Position numbers and translations under genes: made by a program
NCBI RefSeq assembly: GCF_009914755.1
Contig: NC_060930.1
DNA from: the human T2T-CHM13v2.0 reference genome, Homo sapiens
DNA length: 64,000 bases
Reading direction: 5' to 3' (one strand)
In this document: in pieces, positions 1 to 12,975 of the stretch
How the letters are laid out: the number at the start of each line of letters is the position of its first letter
Position numbering within the stretch: the first letter of the stretch is position 1
Notes under the pieces: model-generated
Told to the model about the DNA's origin: nothing
Databases searched by the model: none
Seen by the model: only the letters and a program-made list of their open reading frames with translations

Positions 1-254
1 TATATCTAAAACAGTTCACTCTTTTCCCCCTGGAAGAGACGTGTAGGGCATATAAGTGAATGTTTATTGGTTACCTAAGGATCTTACAATGTTGCCCTTT
101 CATGGAATTACGGAATTTTGAAAACTAGAATGCATCTCAAAAGTCATCTGATCCAATTTTCTGCTCAGTGGATAGATTCCTTTGTCCCTATGAACCTCAT
201 TGGGTGGGTGAAAACCCAGGTCAACCCTCCCTCTCTATTATTTTTCACAATTAA

Positions 255-690
255 AATCAGATAAACTGGATTCAGATACCAAATCATTTACAAGAAGCTT
301 TTACAAGTAACCTCGAGGAAGTTCTTTAAGCACTCTATGCCTCGGTTTTCTGATTTGTAAAAAATACATTTTGTTACTTTGGTTTTTTTTCTTAACTCTA
401 TACCTGGGATAATTTTCTATATCAATATATATAGAACTGCATAATTCTTTTAATACACACATGCACACACAATTAATTATTCCCCTACCAATATAGGTTT
501 CTTATATTTTGCTATTGCATACATTTTATAAAATATTTTATAAAATATAAAAAATATTTTATAAAAATAAATATTGTCAGACAGAAAAAAGTACCTACTT
601 CATATGTTGTTGTGACAAATTAATTCATATAAAGCACTTAGACCAGTGGCTTGGCCACAAGAAGCACTCTATAAATGCTAGCTAGTATTT
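255..690 (+). mobile_element. MIR SINE split by an AT-rich insert (probable old antisense L1 fragment, about 366-589)
   Basis: MIR core (ctctatgcctcggttttctgatttgtaaa) to about 365; MIR 3' half (gtacctacttcatatgttgttgtga...ataaatgctagctagtatt) resumes at about 590. Confidence 0.7.
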
Positions 691-779
691 TAATTTGTGT
701 TAACTGAATAATTGAAATTGTTGGAAGAGGAAATAAAGGGAGAAAATACGTAACCTATTGAGCGAATTTATCAATTACA

Positions 780-1250
780 ATTAGGCTTAGCTGTGAGTAG
801 CAGCTTAAACCAGATAGAAGTTTATTTACACCTTATGTTCAAGAAGTTTGGAGGTGGTCAGTCCAGGGCTCCAATGGCTCTTCATGGTGTCAGAGGTAGA
901 GGCATCTTTAATCTTAGCCGTCCATTATGTGTGACTTCTCTAGGTTATCTCATGGTCCCAGATGGCTGCTGGAGTGCTAACCATTATATCTATATTCCAG
1001 CCAATGGGCAGGAAAAAGGCAGGAGGAAAGGGCACAACCTGGCTTTTTAAACCAGTTCCAGCAAGTTATACACACCACTTCAATCACAAAGGCAAGGGCT
1101 AAGTTACATGGTCACACTTAAATGCAAACAAGGTTGAGAAATATGGTCTTTAATCTGGCATCCAGGCACCGCACAAAAAATCATGGATCTTAGTAGTGTG
1201 GAAGAGAGAGGGCATAGCTAGCTATTGGGGGATAATTAGTAATTACTGAT
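780..1250 (-). mobile_element. MLT1 (J/K-like) ERVL-MaLR solo LTR
   Basis: Antisense MLT1 hallmarks: ttaggcttagctg, gcttaaac..gaagtttattt, gatggctgctggag, acatggtcacacttaaatgcaa. Confidence 0.65.
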
Positions 1251-2839
1251 GCAGGGGATTTACGGAATTTGGAGAAAGGCAGTCCTGCAACCTTTGCTTT
1301 GATAACAGGGAGTCTTTTGATCCAGGCGAAAAAGCGTTTTGGATTTGTGCCTCAGGGTGTTTTATTAGAACTACCTCCTTCTCCCAAAACCCTTGTTTCC
1401 TGCAGCCGTGGTCTAGCAGGCCCTGGTAGCAGGGTAGAGTCTTCCTACCTGCACAGTGGGGATGTGCACCTCAGCTGCTCAGCCACTGGGCTGTCTGCAG
1501 TCATCTGAGATATGAGAGCTGCCTACCATGTGTGGCTTGTGGAATCAGCTTTTGTGACCTGTGTCATCAAAGGTCAGCTTGATTCAATACTGAGTTCAGG
1601 TCAGACTTTGAGAGTTTTAGCTGCTTTTCTTCTAGAGAAAAAGCAAACAAAAAACCCCCGAAAACCATCCTGATAGGATTCACTAAGTCTCTTCTAACTA
1701 TGTAATATGGACATGCTGGTTACTTAAAACATCTGGTAAACCACAGTCTTACTGATTGGGGCCCATCCGTATTCATTAGAGGTCCTCTTCTTATTCTGGA
1801 TTCTATCTGCTCTCTCTTTTTCCATCCAATAAGTGATCACTACCTAAAGTAGTTCCACCTGCAGCAGGAATTTTCTCAGGGTATATGCAAATTAATTTTT
1901 GGAAATGGAAACAACCTTAGAAGCAGTTATTCTCCCTATGTGGAAGATTATATATTTCTCCCTCTCCTTCTTTCCCTTGATCCTTCTATTTGGAAATGCC
2001 AGGTAACATGGAGTAGGGTTGTTGGTCCCTCTGTGACCCATTTCCTCAGGCCAAGACCTCAGAGTGGACAGATGTGATCTGGGCTGAATGATGGCCTCAG
2101 TCAGACAAGGGTAGGACTGGGAGGGATTGCTGCAGTCCTTGCGGCTGGTGAGGGGACTTTTGTTTTTCAGGGGAGCTTTGTACATTTGTAGGAGGGTGTC
2201 TTCTGTCTGTGGTCAGATTGTGGATCCTCACCCTCTTCAAGGTCCTAGCAGCATCCCATTCTTCTAAACATTTCTTAATGTTAGAAATTAACTCCTCCAA
2301 AACCCCTTAGCACTTTTCTGGGGACTGGGCTACTAACAGATGAATGAGTCTCTACTAAATATGTCGACTTCACCACAAAGGGGGAAAATGTGATTTTTCG
2401 TATTATAATAAGACAAATTTTAGAACTTAAAAAAATCATTAAGGTTTGTGTCAACAACCTGGTGATTAACCCACATAAGACCCCACAGATAGTATGTTGT
2501 GGGAATGGGATTCAACTTCAGATTCTTTGCTGATCAGTGTCCCTGGCCCCATGGGGGATTTTAGAAAGGTAAACAGGGGCAATAGGGACAATTGGGGGCA
2601 TACGGATCTTTCAGGGTAGGCCCTGTCCCTCCTCAGACTGGCTCTGCTCTTCTGGAGCTCAGGGAGTGGGCCACCAGGATAAGCTAAATATGTAAGGGTT
2701 TGGGTTCACAATTCAACTTGAATCTAGCTGGGAGGAAAGTCGACCAGGAAACAGAGAACCCTGGAGGTAAACCAGGTGCGAGTTTTTGTAGGAGAAATTG
2801 GAATAAGGCTGGGGCAACCTTTCCACTTCTTTCTTCTCC

Positions 2840-2995
2840 TCGACTCAACCTGAAAGTACGTCAAATAATGTGGTTTTGGCTCCGTTTAGCTTCTTTCAAC
2901 CCGAAAGTCAAATCTTCTCTCCAAAGGAGGGAAGCCTGCATGAGCTGAAACTGAAAGAAGTTAACTCAAACCCCTGTGAACTGAAACTGTCAAAT
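2840..2995. promoter_or_regulatory. Candidate enhancer with ISRE/IRF motifs
   Basis: GAAACTGAAAG 2947-2957, GAACTGAAACT 2978-2988, CRE half-site TACGTCA 2857-2863, RUNX TGTGGTTT 2869-2876. Confidence 0.35.
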
Positions 2996-3746
2996 TTCAC
3001 ACAGCTCCAGTTCATTTTTCTCTTCTCCCTTCCACCCCCACATCCCAAGTCATATTCATTCAGGGAACAAGTCAGATTTAGATGTTTTTCCAATGGCCAG
3101 GCTCACAAAATAATCCAGACACCAAACTTGTAAGCTGGCTAAAAGCGGCAAGGAATGATTCTTGGCTTATCTCCCACTGGATTTTACTTACTGGGCTATT
3201 CAAGTGGATTATTTCATTCAAGGTAGAAAGCCCTCCACACGGAGGGCTGGACAAATTCCCAGCACACCCAAGCTATTAGAAGGCCTTTCAGGGATGACAA
3301 GAATATGTTAGCTTCATTTCTTCTCTCTCACAAGAGACTCTTCCCTCCCACGAAAAGACTGAAACAATAGATTTACCCAAAGATGGCCGCTCTGAGGGCC
3401 TGCCCTTGATGAGGTTAAAGGAAGTGGCTGAGACAAGTAGGATTCATCTAACACTGGAAAAGCCAGTGGGTGACTACAGAATGGGATTTGGAGGTTTCCA
3501 TGGAAGGCTTGCCTCCAAAATGTCCCTCCCATAGCCTAAAATGTCTGCCTGCGAGGCATCAAAGGGAATCACCAACTCTGGGAAGTGAATTGAATGTAGA
3601 GAGCCTGCCGATTGCATGGACAATTCTGTTTCTCTTGGGTCACATGGGTAGAATCTAACAATAATTCTACTGGACAGAAAAGGGTGCAAGGTAGAAATTT
3701 CCTTTTGTCATTTGGATGGGTTTCTTTGGTTAAGAAACTCATACTT

Positions 3747-4049
3747 GGCTGGTCCCGGTGGCTCACGCCTGTAATCCCAGCACTTTGGGAGGCCGAGGTG
3801 GGTGGATCACAAGGTCAGGAGATCGAGACCTTCCTGGTTAACATGGTGAAACCCTGTCTCTACTAAAAAATACAAAAAATTAGCCAGGCGCGGTGGTGGG
3901 CACCTGTAGTCCCAGCTACTCAGGAGGCTGAGTCAGGAGAATGGCGTGAACCCAGAAGGTGGAGCTTGCAGTGAGCTGAGATCGCGGCACTGCACCCAGC
4001 CTGGGCAACAGAGTGAGACTACATCTCAATAAAAAAAAAAAAAAAAAGA
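3747..4049 (+). mobile_element. Full-length AluY
   Basis: Dimeric Alu with Y diagnostics (gagatcgagacc, gaatggcgtgaacc, ggagcttgcagtgagc) and A tail; perfect 15-bp TSD aagaaactcatactt at 3732-3746 and 4050-4064. Confidence 0.95.
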
Positions 4050-4159
4050 AAGAAACTCATACTTTACTTGAATGCTCTGTTAATTCAGAGGGTAAGAGGA
4101 GGGGGTCTGAGGAGAGAAAGGGAATCAAATGGAATTAAAAAGAATATGTAATTGCATCT

Positions 4160-4490
4160 ATTTTGCAAAAGTGCTTCCACATCTCAATTCATTTTCCCAA
4201 TAAATGCCTACCAATGGCTGTTCTGAAACTCAGAGACAAGCCCAAGGTCGCCTGCTTAGGAAGTGACTGAGTTGGGAATAGAACTCTTATCTCTCTGACT
4301 CCAAAATCCACACTCCTTCTACAACCTCAATTCTCTCTTTCTAAAAGAAGGGTTTTTAAGGTCACCTTGGACAATCTGCCCATTTTATGGATGAGCAAGC
4401 TGAGGCCAGAAAGGTAAACATAGACGCATACAGCTATTGGCGTCAGAGCAGAAGACTATGTTTCTTGATTACTAGACTATGATTCTTTCA
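4160..4490 (-). mobile_element. Two MIR/MIR3 fragments
   Basis: gaaactcagaga...cccaaggtc...ctgactccaaa and cccattttatggatgagcaagctgaggccagaaagg. Confidence 0.65.
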
Positions 4491-4494
4491 ACTA

Positions 4495-4902
<408 letters not shown>

Positions 4903-5029
4903 TTAATTATACTTGAGGCTTCTTGCCACAAATTTTCATTATTATAAGCAGAATATTTTACTGCTGCAAAAATTAACCTAGCGTAATGCATGCTGGATTA
5001 CTTTGTGAATAAGACTCTCTATAGGTATG

Positions 5030-5089
5030 AATTAAAAATACCGCAGTTCAGGTGATTCTAGTGTGTAGCCAGAGATATGAACCACTGCT
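5030..5089. mobile_element. MER5-family hAT-Charlie terminal fragment
   Basis: caggtgattct...tgagaaccactg matches the MER5 end. Confidence 0.6.
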
Positions 5090-6344
5090 AAAACTCTGTA
5101 AGTCTTTTATTAACTTCTTTGCCTTTAAACTCACCTTAAACTAAATGAAAGTATTTGAAATTAATTTAATTGTCATAATACAGGCTGTGAATTAAAATCC
5201 TGGCTTTGTCAGGTGCCATCTGCAGACTTTCAGTAGACTGGCTGGACTGCAGCTGGGTAGATATTTCTCCTTGGCTGTAACCCATGTTACACTTAATGCA
5301 GGCATAATTCACAGTGCATTATAGTAAGAGAGGAAATTCTACTATAAGCACCCTTCTGACCCTGAGATTATATGATTTAACATGTGTATATGTGCATTGT
5401 ATCACATACCCAGATGTATTTAAACATAAAATATAGATACCTGCATACAACTTAACTGAAATGATTACAGGTTTTTTCTTTATTTCTTTTGCAGAGTCAA
5501 TGATTTCCAAGAAATGTGGCATTATTTCTGGGGGAGATTTCTTGCCTCTTCCTCAGCCCTGGTGAAGATCTTGCTAGAAACAATACATCTTCTATGAAAC
5601 ACTCTCCACAGAACGTTTTGGAAATAAATCTTCCCTTTCACCACTGGAGCTGAAGTCAAACCGAGCAGTGCACAGAGGATTTGGAAGGATTGACACTCGA
5701 AGGAAGAAGGAAAAGTGTCCTGAAAGTAGAGTGTGTCGTGGAAGGGCCCGGGATAGAATTCTCTTCCGGTGTCCGTTCTGTGGCACTGCAAGGATGGGAG
5801 TTAAGGCGAAGAAGAATACAAGGCTTCCCCTTAATACATTGTTGGCTCACACCTTTCGTGCCCCTTTAGAGGAGAATCAGAATAGCATGAAAGGGGACAT
5901 GGAGCTCTCCTTGCCTTACCCTCTCTGCTTTAAGGGTGAGCCGGCCAGAGCCAGTTGCACAATGTGTGTTCAAGAGAGACCACTTATTCCAACTCGTGAC
6001 CAGTCAGAGGTGCAGTTCTAGGCCTGGTGAGCCTCCGAGGTGGGCTGGGCAGAAAGGGGAGCAGGATCTTCAATGGGGGAGGCCTCTGAGGCTCCCCAGC
6101 ACTATCCGGCTGTGCACATCTGTTCTAATGAAGCCACTTGTTAGGGCTAGACATAGGGTGAAAGAGCCCCCTGGGGTGAAAGACGTCCTTTGTGAATTAA
6201 GACAAGATTATTATAAATGACGTTTGCTTTGTTTAATTAATTCAAAAGCCACCTTCCTTATCACTTTATTACATGGCGCCTGCTCTCCGGATGCCGCGGT
6301 CTCCAGAGCAGGCTTTTTCTCCCCTTTTTGCCTTGGCTCATGTT

Positions 6345-6526
6345 GCCTTTGTAGGTATGAATTTGTTTTCTTGTTTATTATATTGTTTTTCCCCCTGTTC
6401 TTATGTAAGTAAGATCCTTGTGGTCAGGATCTTTGTCTGTTTTGTTCAGAGAGGTAGCCCAGGCCTCTAGAACAGGGGTGCATAGTAGGTGCTCTGTCAA
6501 TATTTGTGGATTCAAGAATGAATGAA
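6345..6526 (+). mobile_element. L2 LINE 3' end
   Basis: ctttgtctgttttgttca...catagtaggtgctc..aatatttgt..gaatgaatgaa. Confidence 0.8.
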
Positions 6527-6779
6527 AGCACTCACTGAGGCAGGGAAGATGCTAAGTGCTTTCCTCTACTCCTAAAAACATCCCCTCCAGGCAGGTTCTA
6601 TTACTGTCCCCACTTTATACACAAAGAAACCTCGTGACGAATGTGATTGATTGACAGAAGCCATCTGAGCAGCTTTATGAGCTGGTCCCTCAGAGGTCAT
6701 TGGCAAAGGTGCAAAGTCAGGCAGGCAGGCGGTTGCCCTCTCCCTCCTGTTTCTGCCCACTCTGTGGTGAAGGCCTGGG

Positions 6780-6794
6780 CTTCCAGAAATTTCT
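6780..6794. promoter_or_regulatory. Perfect three-unit heat-shock element
   Basis: TTC-CA-GAA-AT-TTC at 6781-6793 matches nTTCnnGAAnnTTCn. Confidence 0.35.
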
Positions 6795-8254
6795 TTGAAG
6801 GAGAAGCTCTACACTCTGTGGTTCTTGAGGCACTTTCTGGCCTTGCTGTGGGTTCCTGAAACCTGACGTTCCAAACAGAGGCATTTGCTAATTTCCTGAA
6901 GAAAGCTCCAGGAAGTCTTGTCCTTGGGTAAAAGCTGTTCACAGTAGGTGAGAAAAAGGGAAGTTTTCAGACCACCACACACTTGGAGGTTTCATTTTCA
7001 GTGTTGTGTGGAGCTGACAAATAAACCTATCTGACTTGGCTCTCCTTCCTTCTCCACCCCAGCCCCGCCCCGCGCCTCTCCTCTTTTCCAGATTCATGTG
7101 AATGTTTTGGTTAACTTTATCCCCTCCTGTGTTATTGTTGTTGTACCACATATTAATGTGGGGCTTCTGTAGCTGAGAGGAGTACGGTTGAGTTACAGTA
7201 ACAAGCTACAAGCTGAAGGAAAGTGCTGCGGTTTTTGGCTGGTCCAGTCCCAGATATACACCCTCACATCTGGACAAGAGATCATGTGACAGCTTGAAAA
7301 GCCAGAAACATATCCTGGATACCATAAAAAATGGGTTCTGTTAAATTAAAAAGGCTTTAAATACTGGCTCAGCTGGTTTGAGGTCTCATTCTCTCTCACA
7401 CACTCGATTGTTCTGGAATGTGTTATAAGATTTGTGATTGCTGAATACTTAATTTAATATCGTGAACCCACTGTATGGTAAATTTGTTTGCATGTCTTTC
7501 TGAAGTCCAGCCAGCCCTTCTCCGTTTTCCTAACTTGGGGCATGTCTTGTTGATTTGGGGATCAGAACTTGGTGTCCTGGTGATAAACACTCTTCCTCTA
7601 TTCCACCCCCACCCACTTGCCAACCTTCAGGTACCCCCCCAGAGAAAACCTCCAAAACTTCTGGCCAAAGCAGCTTCCTTTCCTAACCTTTAAGAAAGAG
7701 CCTATAGGATAATAAGCTTTAAAATATTATTAATGGAGAGAGATGTCATAGTTCTCTTTGAATAGAATCAAGAACAGATTGGAAATAAAAAAGTTTTTTG
7801 AGATGAACGGATGTTAAACACCAAAATATGGTCAAAACTCTATTCCTGCAACTCAGAAAAAAAAATCTATTTTCTTTTTCTTACACAAATAAAACATTCT
7901 TGTGTTGCCCACTGGACATATCTTTCTCCCTGATTTACCAAGATTGCAGAAACCAGGATTAAACAAGGCGCCCGTTCCAAAACCAAAAATTTGTTTTCTC
8001 AAACTATCAAAGAGAGAATGACTTTGGAAGCAAGCATGTGATCAAAAGACAAGATAGGAAAATAGTGCCTGGTTTCCTTTTTAAGAATAAACAGTCAGTT
8101 AGGCCAAGTGCTGTCTCCTGGCATCTGCATTATCTGTTGGTGATGGTTAATTTTTTAATTTAGGAAAATGTAATAGAAATAATATTGTTATGTACCACTA
8201 GCTTTGTGTTTTCTAAAATATCTTGAAATCATCTTATTTTAACATATTAATTAG

Positions 8255-8760
8255 TTCAACATTTCTCCTCCCCCATTAGACTCTAAGCTTCCTATGAATA
8301 AGGACCTTGTTTGTTTTGTTCACTGTTGAGCCCTCACTGTCTAGGACAAGGTATTGCTCAATGCTACTGCCCAGCTTTGTGTTGATCTACTTTGTCCTTC
8401 CAGGTCCACTCGCTACACTTCCTCCCTGCGTTGGGCCAGGAAGCTGACTTTTATGAACTATATCAGTGGGCTCCCTCGCCCCCGGCTTCCCTTTCGTGCA
8501 GCCCATGGAGGAACCAGGAGTAAACCTGCATACAGGTTGGTTGAGTCCCTCTACTGAAACAGCAGCTCCTCTTGGGCTCAGGGAGGGTGATGGCTCCCTC
8601 CGTTTCTAGCCTCAGGGTACTGTGCTATCCTTGGTAGTAGTCTCTTCATTAAACTCATAAAATGACTCCATCTGAGGTTATCTGTTTCCTCCATTATCCA
8701 CATCCTGCTGGGAGCCTGACTGATGAAATGAAGATTTATCGAATAAACAAATGAATGAGG
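8255..8760 (+). mobile_element. L2 3' end interrupted by LTR33
   Basis: cccattagactctaagctt...ttgttttgttcactg up to about 8365; L2 tail gaataaacaaatgaatga resumes at about 8728. Confidence 0.65.
8378..8727 (+). mobile_element. LTR33-family ERVL solo LTR
   Basis: ggaagctgac...atcagtgggctccctcgcccccggcttcc near the start; tctcttcattaaactc...atctgtttcct...cctgactgat at the end. Confidence 0.75.
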
Positions 8761-9014
8761 CTCCACTGTAGTAACTCTTGTTTCTGGACAATCGCAGCAA
8801 GTGGGTTCCAGAGCCATTTTCTCCTGTATTCGGGTGTTTAGAGATGTAGTTGTCACCATGACTTCGAGGCTTCAAGCATGAGCTGGAATTGTTCGTCTCC
8901 AGTAAATACCCAACCCTGCTCCAACTCCACCTTACTTGGTTTCTCTTGTGATCGATGGTATGAACAAACAAAACAGTTTGCTGCATTTAGAGAGGTCTAC
9001 AGTTGAATCACCTA

Positions 9015-9120
9015 CTTGTTCATCCATTCATTAATCCATTTATCTATTCATCACCATTCAATAAAAATTTAATAAGTAGATGCTTATTAGATACCATGTA
9101 CCACGGATCTGGGAATGATA
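9015..9120 (-). mobile_element. L2 3' end fragment
   Basis: (cattcatt)-like tail followed by aaatttaataagta...ggatctgggaat. Confidence 0.55.
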
Positions 9121-9924
9121 ATTTTATTTCATCTTGAATGCTACATAATAGATTCATACAGCATGACACTCCGGAGACTTCTGAAGCAGTCTGGATCAGT
9201 GAGAAAATGTGCCAAGAACGGTTAGTAATGTCTACTCTGGGTAGAGAAGTGGAAGTACATATAACAAGTATTTACATGGATAGTATTTGCCATCCCTATG
9301 TTAGACGCCACTGGGTGAGCAAAAGCAAAACAAAACAAAAACAACTAGTAGCAAGAATTATTTTTGTCTCTAGTTTGGCTGTTTCATGTTAAAATTGCAT
9401 GCTTACTCAAGAACTCCTGATATAACTTCTTACATACAATAACCACCTCCACCTCAGACACACCTAAATGATAATTTGATTGTACAAAGGTATCATTGAC
9501 CTGTCTATGCTTATTTTCATTATTTATATTCTGGATTGTATTTTCAGGGTTACAAAACACAAATTAAATAGAACGTTTTAAATCTAGTTTCCTGGTATGT
9601 AAATCATGACCTGCAATGACTGGACAGTTCCCAAATTTATAGATGAACATTTGCTAACTGGTTTTTATCACTCTAGGGTAACTTGCCACAGCCATCCTTT
9701 CTGAAAACTTTTCTCTCCAGGCCTCTCTTCCTGGATTTTCTTATCAAGGAAATACATCTTAGGAAAGTTTCTGTCCATAGCCTTTTTATTCTTGATTACA
9801 ATAAAATTTGCTTCTCTATCCAGTTCAATTCACAAGACACTGGATTTGACATGCAGATTTCCTTGAATTGAACTTCCTGTGTCCTTTGCACACACTATGC
9901 TTGGATTAGGTCTTCTGATAGACC

Positions 9925-10048
9925 AGGCTTGGCACCTAATCCTCTTTCTTAAGCCCTGTTTCTTTTCTACTACCTAGCTTAGCATTCCTGGGCAAATCAC
10001 TTACCTAACCTGGTCCTACATCTGACGGCATGGGATTAGATAATAAGA
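9925..10048 (+). mobile_element. MIR fragment
   Basis: cctgggcaaatcacttacct...catctg..atgggatt. Confidence 0.55.
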
Positions 10049-10128
10049 ACTAATGCTTATTGAGCACTTACTTTGTTCCAGGCTACATGCTAATGTATTT
10101 TACTAAATGTGTATTAATTGGGTTAGAG

Positions 10129-10806
10129 TAAGGGTCACAGACTTTTCTGGAAAGGGTCAGATAGTAAATATGTTCAGTTTGGCAGGCCATGAGCTGTCTG
10201 TTGCAGCTACTCAACTCTGCCACTGATGTAAAAATAGCCATAGACAAATATGCAAACAAATGGGCGCGGCTGTGTTCCAATAAAACTTTATTTATGAAAA
10301 GCAAGGAGTGGACTCAATTTGATCTGCAGGCTGTGCAGATGGATCCCCGTTTTACAATGGTTCAACTTATGATTTCTTTTCTACTTTGTAATGGTGCAAA
10401 AGCAATACACACTTACTAGAAACCAGACTTTGAATTTTTAATTTTGCTCTTTCTGGCCTAGCAATATGCCATATGAGGTTCTTTTGTGATGCCTGGCAGC
10501 AGCAGTAAGTTGCAGCTTGCAGTCAGCCACACGACCATGAGGGTAAACAGCCAATACTGTACTCTGTGGTATAGTCTTACCTGAGTTATTCAACTCCTAA
10601 ATATAAAACAGGCTTACATTAACTGATTTTACCCAACTGTAAGCTAATGTAAATGTGCTGAGCATGTTTAAGGTAGGGTTGGCTTAGCTGTGACATTTGG
10701 TAGGTTAGGTGTATTAGATGCATTTTCAACTTACAATGCTTACAATGGGTTTATTGGGAGGTAACTCCATTGTTAGTCAAGGAGCATCTGTAGCGTTCCA
10801 TCTCTG
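10129..10806 (-). mobile_element. MER58A hAT-Charlie MITE, interrupted near its end by MER47B
   Basis: aaagggtcagatagtaaatat...ctactcaactctgcc...ggctgtgttccaataaaactttattta; terminal remnant tagcgttccatctctg at 10791-10806. Confidence 0.85.
10336..10790 (-). mobile_element. MER47B/Tigger5-derived TcMar-Tigger element
   Basis: Inverted termini cagatgg.../...ggagcatctg followed by TA; internal cagtcagccacacgaccatgagggtaaac and ggtaggttaggtgtatta. Confidence 0.85.
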
Positions 10807-10862
10807 CTTTATTTGAATTACTCTGTTTAATGTTTGTAATAACCCCACGAGGTAGGTACTAG

Positions 10863-11123
<261 letters not shown>

Positions 11124-12014
11124 TAGTGGCCCCATTTTTAAACCACTTTTCTTCTGAGTTTCTAAAAGCACCAAACATTGACCCACTTCTCCCTGCACCA
11201 GGACCTCTTTGGCAGTCCCTGCATCTCAGGCTGAGTTCTACCAACTGTCTCCTTTCCCCTGTTCTCTCTCTCAAAAAGGCCGCCCCTCTCAGCCATTCAT
11301 TTCCTCTTAACTCACTGCCTGTCCTCACACCGAATTTGGCATCAACCCTAGAACGTTCTAAATCCTCTTACATTCTAATTAATACGTCCTCTGTCAGACT
11401 GGGGTTTCTCTCAGTCTACATACAATTGGAATGAAGTCACCAGATGTAACCCAAGAGCTCACAGTTGAACAAAGCATATTCAATAAATATGTTGACTCTC
11501 CTGTGGTTTTTAGCTTGAACCTTAGTTCCACTGTTAATTTGCCATGTGACCCTACGCATGTCAAAATCTCCTGGTGTCTTATCTATCAATGGTGATTTTA
11601 AAAAACCAAATACATAAGTTTGTTGTGACATCTTGCCAATAAAAGCATTATGCAGTTATAGTATGCAAAGATGCAAGCCAGACCTTATTCTTTTTTTACA
11701 CTGCTTTTCTGAGAGTAATAAGAAATGGAATTGTTAGAAGTGGGTATGATTTAGTTGTCCTGTGACTTTCCTCACCTCGTGTTGAGGGATGACTGTAAAA
11801 GCATTCTATGCACTGTCAGTTCATGGTGTGTCCTTGTGTCTAGTGGCCCCTCTGTCCCCGGCAGGTGAGTAGAAAGCTGCTGTGACATGGCTTCATCTCG
11901 TGTTCTGGGTACAAAGCCCAGCACAAAGTGAGTGGTAGAAGCATCAGTTTCAAGCTTCAATTCTTGTCACCTATACTGGGTTAAACTCCAGCAGAGAGTG
12001 GACCCATAGATCCA

Positions 12015-12520
12015 TACACTCACTGGGGCAATATTTATTGAGTGCCAGCTCTGTGACAGGCACTATGCTGGCTCTGGGGAATGTGATGGTGAGCAACACA
12101 GCCTAGGTCTCGTATGTCCTAATGAGATCCACAGATACTCAACAACTCATCCCCGGGGTTGTATTTACAAGTATAGTACGGGCCATGAAGCAGTCAGGTG
12201 TCATGAGAGCATATGACAAAGAAGGACTCCAAACTGGGGTGCAGAGAGTTTGGGGAAGTCCTGCCGGGAATGTGCCTTCACCTTACTCTGTCAACCCCTC
12301 CTGGCTTGTGTGAAGGACCCAAGGGCAGGAGGACAGGAGAATTTGGGTGTTCTGAGAAAATGAGCCCAGAGTATTAGGGGTCTTGGGGATATGTGTTGAG
12401 TCAAGAGAGATATGCTGCATCAGGTGATGCTTGTAGGTGTTGGGAAGAAGTATTGATTTAATACCAAAGATAATAGGAAGCTATCAAAAGATGGTAAATA
12501 AGGAGTGATGTAATCATGGA
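12015..12520 (-). mobile_element. L2 fragments
   Basis: atatttattgagtgcc..ctctgtgacaggcactatgctgg..ctgggga and downstream purine-rich L2-like body. Confidence 0.65.
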
Positions 12521-12975
12521 TGGGCTAAGAACATAAGAGCTTGACAGGACATTGATCTTAAGGATTTTGAGGTAAAAAATTGGCCCCAACCAATTTTCCC
12601 ATCCATCTTTTTACTATTTATTTATATTCTCCCACCCTTCTCTTTAACCGATAGGTCTTCTTTATGTTTCCTGGACCCCTACTCCATTGCCACACCTCTG
12701 GCACTCTGCTTCTCCCCACAGGAAAGTTCTCTGCTCCTCAGTACTTATCTAACTGTTGCCCTCCTTCAGAACCTGCTCACATCTGACTTTTCCATGAAAA
12801 CTTCTTGGGTGGCCATTCACCCATTCATCAAAGTACTAAGTGTAGTCAGCATATTAGGCATACAAGAATGATAAAGGTCAAAGTTCTACCAATCTTACTT
12901 TAATCATTTCCTTCAGAGTTCTTTCCAAGGTTCCCAGCTGAGCTCTTTAGCACAGCCCCTTCCCACAGCTCTAGA

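Noticed and set aside
6278-6318. Rho-independent terminator call
   Set aside because: The shape fits, but the DNA is eukaryotic nuclear; kept only as a structural note
11985-12002. CTCF-like motifs (also near 48145 and 55555)
   Set aside because: Each misses key positions of the CCASYAGRKGGC core; too weak to call without ChIP data
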